Source: Halocafeteria seosinensis | Taxonomy: Eukaryota | Reading direction: 5' to 3' | NCBI GenBank assembly: GCA_001687465.1 | Contig: LVLI01000196.1 | Span: 186,001 to 210,786, forward strand | Length of the DNA stretch: 24,786 bases | In this document: one piece after another, positions 12,943 to 23,657 of the stretch | How the letters are laid out: each line of letters begins with the position of its first letter | How positions within the stretch are numbered: position 1 is the first letter of the stretch | Program-made: the position numbers and the translations under genes | The notes under the pieces: model-generated | What the model was told of the DNA's origin: nothing | The model's database searches: none | What the model saw: the letters and a program-made list of their open reading frames with translations, nothing else

Positions 12943-15900
12943 TCATTTCCGGGTTCTGGAATTGACATCTGTTCCGAGTGCACACCTCGCCATTGTCTTA
13001 GCAGCTGCAGCCCGAGCTGCAAGAAAGCATGGGGTCCATTGCAAGGGAGTGCCGTTATTATCCACTGGCGTATCTACACTACATGCGGGACCACCGTGCT
13101 TTCCCACAAGAGTGCACCACTGAACATGTGCCAGCCGATCGGGATACCCTTCTTGTGTCTGTTGGCTTGGACGCAGTACACATTGAGTGTACCACTGCTT
13201 GGCATAGTAATCATCAAGGTCATCACTGCCACTCCATGGCCAGAAGCATTCACGCGAGACAGCTTTTCCTTGACCGTCATTGGAAACGCTAGCGGCTGCT
13301 TCATTTCGTAACTTTGTCATTTCGCTTATTAAAGTCTTAAACGACGGATCCCACAAGTCCAAACAGATACAGCGTACAGAGCCTAAAGTCAAAGGGGTTT
13401 GGTAATTGGCAAACGCATCTGGAACTCGTTCCTTGATGGTCAGCAGCCCATCCTCTTCTTCGTCTCGGATGAGTTCGTCCCCTTTCCATATTGTCATGCG
13501 AGGGATGGAATATGATTCACCGCTACTTCCCACCATGCGACTATGCTGAAGCGACACCCGTTGGCTCGCTGCAGAGGACGCACACTCTTCCAGTATGGAG
13601 GTGGTAATTTTCGGTTGTCGTACTACAGCTTTATGCAACAAAGAAGAGTTCATGTATGTACACAACCTATCCATTGGAAAAGTACACTGTAATATAGCAT
13701 CCCTGGCCTCGGAATAGCTCTCCTCGTCGATGCCTTCATCCTCTACCGTAGAACCTGCTTCCACACTTCGGCTGGCTGTACCCTCCGTGACGTACTGATC
13801 CCAGTATCCGATTCGCACACCCCTTGCATCCCGAGGAAAATTATCGCTTTGTAAAGAGGCTTCTTTGGTACAATCGAACATTTGAGCTGTAAAATCCGCC
13901 GCATAGCTTTCTCTGCATTGCGGTTCTAGATCAGACGTTGTCGTGTGTTCGTTTCCGGCGTATACTTTTTCATTAATGCAGGAACGGGCGGCCTCGGCGA
14001 ACGTGTGCCTGATCGGTTGTGAAACTATTAAACGCATAGCTAGAGTATGGCAATGTAATAGAAGTTGAGCATGTCCGAGTATGTGCACTAGCCGATGTGG
14101 AACACTCGGCAGCACTGGACCAGATATTTCAAGTCGATACATGTCGTAAGAAGCCTTATTGCTGGCCGCTCTCGGTAACTTGCCATTTTTGACTATTTCA
14201 AGGTGTTCCTCAGTGGCATGCTTGAATGAAGAAAGAGCAAGAATCCTGGGAATGCGTCCCGTTGTCGATGTAAGTCCTAAGGAAATCAGTTCCGTCTGTA
14301 AGCCCCCAACAACGCGGTTGTCTCCCTGAGCTGCACTGCCCAGAAAACCAGCAGATATATCGGCACACATATATGAAATCAGCCGCCGAAATGACACTTC
14401 TCCTCGAATCAGCAACAAGGTGTGTTCGGCGGATAGTCCGCGGGTTGAACCTCGCCTATTTCCCTTCCTAACACCGCTGATGCTCTGATAAGAGTTGAGT
14501 TCTTCTTTCAGCTCCTCAGGTCTGGATACGCGAGGACACATATAGACATGAAGAATGCATCCAGTTTCTATCGATTGTAAAGCAACTTACATGTCTTCAT
14601 TGTCATTGATATTATTCGAGCTCAGTGGCATGCTGAAAGGAATTCCAACTCTTCGAAGAATATTTCGCGTCCCACGAGTGGAGCGCGCAATAATAGCAAC
14701 GGGCCCAGACCGAGTGTTCTCACTCGCGCGTCTCAATATAACAATGTTCTTGTTTTCGTATTTCACAATTGCATATTCCTGGGCTCCAGATACAACTTTA
14801 GAGGCCACGTTTCGCAAACTCTGATGCCATTTATTTAGAATTCGGAAAAATCTGCTTCCTTCCACTTTGTCATTTTCGTTGACACTTTGCGCATTTATGA
14901 GCCTTCGCGAAGCAGCCACCATACCTGTGTACACTTGAGGCACAAAATCTGAGGACGGGGAACAGTAGTACCGTCTCGCATCGTCAAAAGCTCTTCTGAG
15001 GATATTATGAACAATCCGGAAGATATACGGGCCAGGAGGCATCTCCGTCGGGTTCAAGCATGAGATTACCGACTTCATAAATTTATTGAAATCATTCACC
15101 GGTAACTCCTCCTCTGCCAACGTTCCCATGTGCTCGTGACGCCAAACAGCAGAGTTTCGAGGCGTGAACTGCCGGTAGTCCCAACGATATTGAAAAGATT
15201 TTGCTAACTCTTTGACGCGACTATGGCAGTCTCCTTCCAATGCGACCTCATCCAAAGCTGAGAATGGGATTAAACGCCCGAAATTAGCATCCTCTTGAGT
15301 ATCTTCGTATCCACTAGAAACCCCCTCTCCAGTATGTGTAAAATCTTCCTCTGTAGATTGAAGAGCTATCCATTCGAATGATTGAGAAGAAATAAATATT
15401 GCCCGATCTTTAACTGACCAATCCTTTGCAGGAATCCTTCCAACGAACCGTGGCATCCTTGGCTTCTTTGCCCCGGTATGCTTAGTGTGACGGATAGCTC
15501 CAGTATCCTTTTCAGCTCCCTCATGTGTCGGTGTTTTCCTTTGCTTTTGCTTTTTCTTTCTATCTTCGAGAACGAAGGAAAGCATAGCCTCCAAAACATT
15601 GTTCTGCGTTGGGTCATTGTCTTGTGTCTCGCTGCTCGAAGGAAGGAATGGGTTGTCCGACGTCGAAAGCCCTTCTTGCTCCATGTTAGCCGAACTCTCC
15701 CTTCCTGATTCTGAAGCAGCTGACTCTTGTGAGAATTCATTAACATAGGGGTTGGAGGACTGAGTTGGTGCAGTTTCCTCTTGTTCTACCACATGTGTTG
15801 CCTTGTCAGCCGATGCTGATCCTGACTTCACATCACTTTCACCACTCGCTTCCACTCGTTGAGCTTTCTCCTTTCCATCCTGCCCGGCATTATCAGCTAC

Positions 15901-16041
15901 TGCATGTTCTGTTGAAGCATTGCCTTCCTCTTGATTCTTCGCGCCTTCTGATGATGTCTCTGTGCTTGTTTTGGTTCGAGTTTGTCTCGTAGTTCGGGTC
16001 GTTGAGGAAGAGCGCTGGCGTTTAGCACCTCGTCTTGCCAT
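12943..16041 (-). CDS. DONSON: DONSON (downstream neighbor of SON) family replication factor, ~1009 aa. Exons 16041-14591 and 14521-12943
   Basis: Recalled DONSON blocks appear in order: DWSVKDRAIFISSQSFEW, STRGTRNILRRVGIPFSMPL, LLLIRG, PRILALSSFKHAT, YRLEISGPVLP. Intron 14522-14590 (GTAAGT...TCCAG, 69 bp) joins the two ORFs in frame. Start taken at MARRGAKRQR (basic, NLS-like); an upstream in-frame ATG at 16209 is an alternative. Confidence 0.8.
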
Positions 16042-16575
16042 ACTCAGTGCTCTACAACTCACTACCCTAAATTGATGCTTCCCAATGCGATTGTCACATA
16101 AATTGTTTGATTGCGATAGAGCATCAATACTCTTAGCATGGACTATATTATCGACACCCTGCGAATGAATTGCTGCGTGTCTTCGTGGATTTGAATTGTA
16201 TGAAGTCATCACAAGTTTCTTGTTAATGCAATACCACACAAGACCTTCAATCAGAATGGTCAGGAGAGATAAAGGGTGCACAAGTCATTGGAACATGCTC
16301 GGAGGAGTTTGGATATGTATTCAACGCAAAACCAGGCTTGTAAGGGAGGGAGAGAAACATCATGACGAATCGGTACACTGTATGCTGCAGCCCGCAAGTA
16401 CTTCTCTGCTGAGCGTCTGCTTTTGAGTGTGGTGAAAGAAATATCTAATTTGAATTGGTTGTCACTTTTTGCATATTCCGACCGGCCGATGCTTTTCACA
16501 CGATATTGACGACGTCGCATGCACTCAATGACCAAGAATCTAATACCAATGTATACGCGAATGTCGACGGAAGGA

Positions 16576-16721
16576 AGCACTACGGCATACTTCGGTGTGC
16601 TACCAACATGGCAGCCATGGATACAGGCATACTATTCACCCAGCTTTTATGCAATATTTCAGAATCCTTCAAGCTAATTATATTTACGTATACAATGTTA
16701 ATAACCACATGCCGTAGTGCT
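16576..16721. repeat. 146-bp segment bounded by a perfect 13-bp inverted repeat and flanked by AGGA direct repeats (candidate MITE or structured RNA)
   Basis: AGCACTACGGCAT (16576-16588) / ATGCCGTAGTGCT (16709-16721). AGGA at 16572-16575 and 16722-16725. Confidence 0.5.
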
Positions 16722-16933
16722 AGGACACCTCTTGTACCACCACTGTAATTACCTGTACATTGCTTTCCCCCTTACGACTTTGCTCATGTCTCAAGATTTT
16801 AACATTGACAACTCTTTAGTACACCTATCCCAAAGACATGTGCGCATGTTTACTCTTTACACGCCAGTCACTGGCCGGCCAGCGGCAAGTGCTTGAACTA
16901 TTCTTTAAGGCAGCCAACTTCAAGAGAACGACT

Positions 16934-16959
16934 ACGGTACTACGTAACGGTAGTACCGT
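16934..16959. promoter_or_regulatory. Perfect 10-bp hairpin in the DONSON/ankyrin divergent intergenic region; function unknown
   Basis: ACGGTACTAC-gtaacg-GTAGTACCGT, about 290 bp upstream of the ankyrin ATG. The hairpin is seen directly; a regulatory role is inferred. Confidence 0.3.
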
Positions 16960-17245
16960 TGTACGCAGTCTGCGCAATGGTATGAATTGGTTGGACACAA
17001 CATAATTAAGATAACATATTTGAGCAGGTACATATATCGATATGTATTTCCGCGAATTGATCATTATGCTAAGCGTGTACGACGCCGGAATTAGATAAAG
17101 AAGTTGAAGCACGTTAACTTGTTTGAGCAAACTTTGAGGTGTGACTGGATATTGTAAACAGTGCATACAGATAGTCTGAGCCATTCCGGAACGAATTGAG
17201 CGCGTGTCGATTGAAGCTCATGGATATCATAGCAATCGAAGGAGA

Positions 17246-18502
17246 ATGGGGGAAAGAGCAGCATTGGTGTTTGCGATTCGCTCTGCCCAATGGGAGCAAT
17301 TGAGTGAATCACTGCCTGATGCAAGTGATTCGCCGGACTACCTGACGAATCTAACAGAGTTCGCGCTTGATGACAGTGAGTCATCGCCAATTTTTCCATC
17401 CTCTTGGTGGGAGAAGACACCTGCAAATGTAGAAGGGACAAGTCTATACCCGACTTCCTTGTTGCACGAAGTTTCGCGTGTATTCCTCCTGCCGACAAGT
17501 GAAGCAGAGGCAACTCCAGATGTTCCTAGTCTGCAGTTTCTCCTTGGCAGACACTCGAAGCCGTCCATTGATGTAATAGATATAGTAACTCCTTTAAGCT
17601 CTGAGGAATGGGTTCTCAGGCCGATACTGGATATTCTGGTGGAGAATTCTGCAAACGAATTCTTGGAATTATTGATGCACTACACGGCATCGGATGGTGG
17701 TTATCGCGATGCAGAATCCCGAGAGAGGGGTAACCATATATTTAGTAGAGCACTTGAGAATCCAAAGATTGGATCTACAGTGCTCTGTCTCTTAGCTGAG
17801 AAGCTGGCTTCCCCTGGTTATGACCATGTTAACAATGCCGTGGTTGAGCACAGAAGCGCCGTTTTCCACAGCTTAGCTAAGGCCGGCATTTCGCTCGATG
17901 AGATGGACGCGAATCGTATGACAGCTCTGGCAACGTGCTGTAAGCTCCTAAGCCAAGAGGCTTTTGAGTCTCTAGAAGAACTCCTGAGGACAGGAGCAGA
18001 TCCTTCCACTAGATGCGTTTATAGTAGATGCGCGTTACATTTTCTGTGCGTGCCCATGCATCAAGACTACCAACTATTAAGGAAATCAATGCATGCGATC
18101 CTCACACGGAACACTGAGGTCCTTCATTGCAGTGATGACTTCGGTTTCAAGCCCTTCGATTATGCCGTGGATCGAAACAACGTTCCTATTACAAAGGCAA
18201 TGTTGGACAGTTTCATGGTAGATGTGCCCTTTGAAAAGATATGCCAATGTCCCGTCCGGTTAAAAGTATTGGACACAACTTATTCGGCAGGTAGTCATCG
18301 TAGCCATGGGATGAAAGTAAACAAAAAGCTTTCAGAATCTGAAAGAATCGTGTTGGTGTGGTATAACCACTTTGCGAAGTTGCGATATCCGATTGTCAAA
18401 GCGAGAGCGTGGAGGAAAATGCGCAAAACAGGGCAAGAAGCGGAATATGTACGTGATCAAGACGCAAAGGAGTCTCCTTTGAAAAAACTCGATACTGGAT
18501 AA
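17246..18502 (+). CDS. Ankyrin-repeat protein, ~418 aa, function unknown
   Basis: Single ORF with ankyrin-like units: GISLDEMDANRMTALATCC, LLRTGADPSTRCVYSRCALHFLC, DDFGFKPFDYAVDRNNVPITKAML. First ATG is at 17246. Confidence 0.75.
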   Translation: MGERAALVFAIRSAQWEQLSESLPDASDSPDYLTNLTEFALDDSESSPIFPSSWWEKTPANVEGTSLYPTSLLHEVSRVFLLPTSEAEATPDVPSLQFLLGRHSKPSIDVIDIVTPLSSEEWVLRPILDILVENSANEFLELLMHYTASDGGYRDAESRERGNHIFSRALENPKIGSTVLCLLAEKLASPGYDHVNNAVVEHRSAVFHSLAKAGISLDEMDANRMTALATCCKLLSQEAFESLEELLRTGADPSTRCVYSRCALHFLCVPMHQDYQLLRKSMHAILTRNTEVLHCSDDFGFKPFDYAVDRNNVPITKAMLDSFMVDVPFEKICQCPVRLKVLDTTYSAGSHRSHGMKVNKKLSESERIVLVWYNHFAKLRYPIVKARAWRKMRKTGQEAEYVRDQDAKESPLKKLDTG

Positions 18503-18857
18503 GTCTGTCACGCCATCCAAACAAGCTCAAGTTGCTCAACAGCGGTAGCTGGAAGCTGCGGACTGGTAAACAGGGTTACTCACGGGTCATACAAATTAGC
18601 GTAGTGTCCGGTATGAACTAGAGATGCGAAATACACGAATGGTTCTGTCCTCGCTCCCCACTAACGCAATAGATAACATCCTTGTCTATGGTTCTGCGTA
18701 TATGGACTCCCTCCTCCCCTATGGATTGAACTTGCTTCCAGTTGTTTTGAATTGTAAAATTCAAACGAGAGATCCGTAGCGTCCTTTTCTGTGGAACTAG
18801 TGCAGTAACTAAGGTATTTGTCCGACTCGTGACGTATGTAACATACCCAGACATATC

Positions 18858-20253
18858 ATGTCCCACAAGCCACTTTTCAGGCTTAAATTCCTCGAGGAAG
18901 GCAATGCTCAGACTCTGTTGAAGAATGGAGTTCGCACCTGTGGAGACCTACTCCAATGTAGTACGGCCGATATTATGGCCATGATGCCTTCCCTGAACCG
19001 ATTGGAAGCTATGGAGGTATTGGAAAAATGCGCACAAGAACTTGCGCCTCCGGCACGGACGGCAAACACACTGTGGGAGGAATGGCAGACAAAACCTCAT
19101 GCTATCCGTACCCAAATACCCCTGTTGGACGGGGCGCTTCACGACGGCATTCCCCTAGGCTCCATTACGGAAGTAAGAGCTACAGCACAAGATCGATTAT
19201 ATTGGCACTCATTCGGGTGATATTTTTCTGGTCTTGTATCGCAGTTATGCGGACCTGCTGGGTTGGGGAAAACGCAATTCGCCCTGTCCCTATCGGTCAT
19301 TACTCTTACAGACAACTTCGATTCCTCCGTTGTTTATATCGATACCGAAGGCAAAGTTTCAGCAAATAGGTAAAATTCGCATTCAGTGGTTTATTTTGAG
19401 TCTCGGTGCTAGTAATTGTGACTCGTTTACGCAGGGTAAAAGAAATAGCCGAGCGACGATTCCGTGCAATTTACGATGCTTCAGTGGAAGAGAACGCTGA
19501 GGAAAACCTGAGCAAAATGTTGAAGAGATTATACGGTATGCAACGTTTGCGCCACCAACAATTACTATGATGTCTTTTCAAGATGCTACTCTGTTGGCCT
19601 GCAGTATGGACAACTGATAACACTTCGTCGTTTGAAAGCTTCCTCAACGACTTAGATACTAGAATCGTTAACGAGGATATAAAGCTAATTGTCATTGACA
19701 GTATTGCCGCTTTAGTTCGAGGAGTACGTGTTTTGTGGGCTCATAATTGTAAACCGCAGCTGGCATTGCATTTATTTTTTTTTCTCCCTTTAACAATTGA
19801 TAGGCACAGTCGAACGGCGATCAGAACTTTGTACAACGACAGGAGCAACTGGTTAGACAGGCCGCCACACTCAAGCAACTAGCCGAACAATTTCACATTG
19901 GTGTCGTTGTCACAAATCAAGTCACTACTCATCTGTCCAAAGATGGAATGTTTGGTAGCTATGACGTGTCAACGGATAGCGGCGGGACGCAAATGCACGG
20001 CGCTACTGGACAACAGTTAAGTCCTGCTCTTGGAACTGCATGGTCACATGCCGTCAACACGCGGTTAGCACTAGACTACGGTGATGCGGAATGGAGGGCA
20101 AAATATCTTTCAACAGTTGAAGAAGAAACCCGTACTCCAAGAAGGGAGAATTACAGAAGATTGACTATAGCGAAGTCTCCAGTGGCGCCCAACATCAGTA
20201 TTCCATATTATATATCAGGAACAGGGATCTGTAGCATACACACTTTAGGATAG
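18858..20253 (+). CDS. RAD51B: RAD51 paralog, most like RAD51B, ~369 aa. Exons 18858-19172, 19245-19369, 19435-19535, 19605-19723, 19804-20253
   Basis: Spliced product has GIPLGSITE|LCGPAGLGKTQF (Walker A), VVYIDTEGKVSANRVKEIAERRF, IKLIVIDSIAALVR (Walker B), LKQLAEQFHIGVVVTNQVTT, PALGTAWSHAVNTRL and LTIAKSPVAP, which best fit recalled RAD51B sequence. Four GT-AG introns of 65-80 bp; 1110 nt. RAD51 family is certain; the exact paralog is likely. Confidence 0.85.
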
Positions 20254-23200
20254 CGCGCACGTGCACTTCCGTAAATACTCTGGCAATTCTTTTCTTGATA
20301 CGACTTCTTCCGTTTTTTCGTCCAAGTTCTTGACATTGACAGTGCCAGCTTCAACTTCGCTTTCCCCTACGATCACCATAAACGGGATCTCCTCGGACAA
20401 GGCTTGCTTGAGTTGCTTATCCATCTTCGGTGAAGCATGATAAAATGTCTTGGCGCTGATGCCCGCATCCCACAGCTCAGAGCATATTTGAACGCGGTGG
20501 CTTGTCAAGTGGGCTTCGGTTCCCGCTGATGCCACCAATACGTTCACCGGAGTTGTCTTGTAGCCGCCCTTCTTCTTCGCCTCCTCTTCCATTATCGCAA
20601 AAATCCTTTCTATTCCGATACTGACACCCACACAAGGTATATTTTCCCCGGAAGTTGAGAACATGCCGACCAAGTTGTCATACCGGCCCCCAGCAGCGAT
20701 AGAGCCGACAGCTACTGACGGATCAGTCAACACAGCTTCATATATCACCCCGGTGTAGTAGTCAAGCCCTCGGGCTAAGCTAAGGTCGAAATGGGTTTGC
20801 TTGAGCACACCCATATCGTTCAAGAAGGTAAATAGTTGTGAGAGCTCATCAAGAGACTTCCTTGCGCCTTGGTGAGTGGAGCAAAAGCTCGCAGACGACT
20901 GTAACTCCGCTAGAAGGTCCTGTGGCTCTCCAGCGCGGAGCACCATGTCGCCAACCTGATCAGCCACACTTTCACTCAGACCCTTGTCCACGATCATCTC
21001 ATGGCGTACGGTATCCCAAGATTCTTTGTCCAACTTGTCAATTGAACTACAGATCACCTTGAATTTATGAGAAGGGACGCCGGCGATTTCAAGCATCGCG
21101 TCGAGGAGGCCTCTGTGATTTAGTTTAATCTCGAAACTGCCAATCGGAAGCTGATTCAGTATCTCACACGCGACCTTAATAACTTCCGCGTCGGGAAGCA
21201 TCGGTATCGATGAAGCTCCCGCAATATCCAGGTCACATTGGTAGAATTCTCGATATCTCCCTTTGGTGATATTAGGTTGGTCGCGACGGTATACCTTGCT
21301 AATATGGTAACGCTTTATTGTCTGGATTTTATTCATAGCCACATAGCGGGCAAACGGGACCGTGAGGTCATACCGCAGACATAGAGCCTCCCCTCCTTGG
21401 TCTGCCAAATCATATATGAGTTTCCCGCCTTCCTCCCCATACTTGCCGAGTAACGTTTCACGGCATTCGAAAACTGGGGTATCAATTTGTACCGCTCCAT
21501 GACGCTTGAAGACGTTCTTGATGATAGAAAAGGCCTTCTCACGTACTTCCATTTGCTCTGGAGAAAAGTCTCGGGTACCCTTGGGAATCTTCGGACGCCG
21601 CCGAGCGCCTCCGGAACTAATCTCATCCAGGATACGTTCAATTTTATCGAATATCGGTTTTTCAGTCTCAGCAATTTCTGGATTCCAAAAGTTCAGCCCT
21701 CGGTGCAACACATTCACCGGTAGCTCTATAACAGGGGTAAACCCATTTTCATCTTCTTCCGCACGCTTAGGATCTTGTTGAGCAGCTACTTCGTAAAGCA
21801 TTGCTCGTAAGCGCCGGGTTCCGGCACCCAAACCCAAAAGCGCACCAGCTGAGGTCTTTTTGGCTGCCTTTTCTGCAGCTTTTCGAGCCTTCTCAGCCCG
21901 TTTCTCCGCGGCTTTTTTTTCTCTTTCTCTAACTTTTTCCTTCTCTTCCTCAGTTGAGCAGGCCGCTAATTTCTTTTCCAGGTCTTCCTTTTCTTTCTCC
22001 GCTTGCTCCTTTTCACGTTGTTTGCGTGCCTGTGTTTTCTGTTTTTGTCGTTCTTGTACTTCAGCTTCTCTCTGAGCCAACAGGTGGTCATCAATAGATA
22101 TTTCTTGTGAAAATGCCTCATGGCATGATTCGAGGAGTGAGTAGAACTGAAAGAGAGCCTCTAGGCTGTTTGGATAACCACGGTTCTCCCAATCGCACAC
22201 TTCGCCACTAGAAAGTTCTGTCAGATCGCATGCAATCTTGCCAAAGTTAGTGCAGCTTCCAAGAACTGAAGTTCGTTGATCAACTCCGGATACCACTGCT
22301 CCCAAAGCTTTCGATGCCCATACAGCCACAGACGAGAAAGGAAACGCGTGGAAGAGCCCTTTGTGCTCGCTATTATCAGTCCCGGATTTCTCAAACGGAA
22401 CAGCATTCAGCTCGACTTTAGCTGCCCTCTCGAACTCTAGAGAGGATTCATACAGTGGGCCGTGGATTTGATGCGCACAGTCCAGGGCATCATTACCGAA
22501 GCCAGCAGGTAGCTTCCCTCGTTGGCATTCCGTACTGTCTTCCAAAAGCAGCCGAAGGGTTGTTGATGAAAGAACTTGACCACACTGTGGGCGCGCTACG
22601 TCGGTATACTTCGGGTCAAATATAGATGGGTCTCCTTTCATCGCCTCGTAGGATAATGCCGTGGCCAGGTCTGCTATGTAGGCAGCAGACCTCAATCCTA
22701 CCGCAACTATAGCACTAAGAGCAGCGACACTAAACGATCCTCTCCAAATCGCTGCCGTATCTCCCTTGCTTAACGCTACATTGTTATCCAGCAGGAATCG
22801 CAAGATATCCGCTGACAAAGAATTCAGACAGAGTGTCGGCAGAGTATTGCTGTTGAGAGAGTCCGCCAGGAATTTCACTGCATTCTGGGAAGTTCCAATC
22901 CCTTCCTGCAAGTACCATTTGTCATCATGCAATTTTGTACAGTATATCCATCCGAACGCGAACTTAAGAGACCCTACCTGCAACAGCATCCTGGCGCAAG
23001 CTGCCAGGACACCTCGAGTTAGTTTCGCCGGTAGTTCAGACCCTTGTTGAATACTCGTCGCGCTTTCCGAAAACAATGAAGTCTCGTCCGAGCTTGATAC
23101 CTCTTTCAGCTGCAAAGAGAACACGAAATTACGTAGATTGATGCCCGGGTCAGTGTCACTTTCAGCCCAAAGTTTCCCTCTCTAACAGTCTTAGACCGGT

Positions 23201-23343
23201 ATTTCTAGGGCTTGATGGACGATGATGCGTACCTTAGACACAGCTGCAGGGTCTAATGCTACTCGATATTGCTTCCAAGCAATCTGTACGAGCTCCACAG
23301 GCGTGAACTGTCCTGGGCCCAGGACCACTACTTGGCTGCTCAT
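20245..23343 (-). CDS. HARS: Cytosolic histidyl-tRNA synthetase with N-terminal degenerate histidine-ammonia-lyase-like domain, ~967 aa. Exons 23343-23233, 23109-22978, 22905-20245
   Basis: Class II HisRS motifs: PKGTRDF, IDTPVFE, GKYGEEGGKLIYDL, LRYDLTVPFARY, YRRDQP...GRYREFYQCDLDIAG, LARGLDYYTGVIYEA, IAAGGRYDNLVGMF, VGVSIGIERIF, then an anticodon-binding domain. Introns 23110-23232 (GTACGC...TGCAG) and a stop-free 72-bp intron 22906-22977 (GTAGGG...TGCAG). Confidence 0.93.
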
Positions 23344-23490
23344 GACCAAAGACAGGAGTAGGGGGCAATACTGCTCACTCCGTATCGCAATATACACGAA
23401 CAGGGCAAGATAAATGCGTAAACAAGTTTGTTTCTAGCTTTTACTTCAATTCGTGGTAGTGATGAACTGCTATGATCAATACACCACCAA

Positions 23491-23591
23491 GTGGGGCGTG
23501 GGGCACAACTTTTTTTCCCCGTGCCACCCTGGCAGTGCCACGCCAGCCCAAAAGTTTGCCAAAACACTTGGCATGCCAACGTGGCATGCCA
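23491..23591. repeat. Subterminal repeat cluster of the hAT element
   Basis: TGCCA/TGGCA at 23522, 23530, 23536, 23557, 23569, 23574, 23582 and 23587. Includes perfect palindromes TTGGCATGCCAA (23568-23579) and TGGCATGCCA (23582-23591). Confidence 0.75.
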
Positions 23592-23657
23592 AAATTACAA
23601 AATGTTCTCAAAGTATGTAATGCGGCGCGTTTTCGCCGGTATTTTTGTAGTGTTGGT

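Noticed and set aside
16578..16719. CACTA...TAGTG termini suggesting a CACTA/EnSpm element
   Set aside because: The flanks (AAG / CTA) are not a duplicated target site. The repeat is reported instead with its longer 13-bp ends.
16196..17184. Short ORFs in the DONSON-ankyrin intergenic region (16196-16426, 16260-16580, 16455-16748, 16825-17184)
   Set aside because: No recognisable motifs, mostly non-ATG starts, and no convincing splice path joining them.
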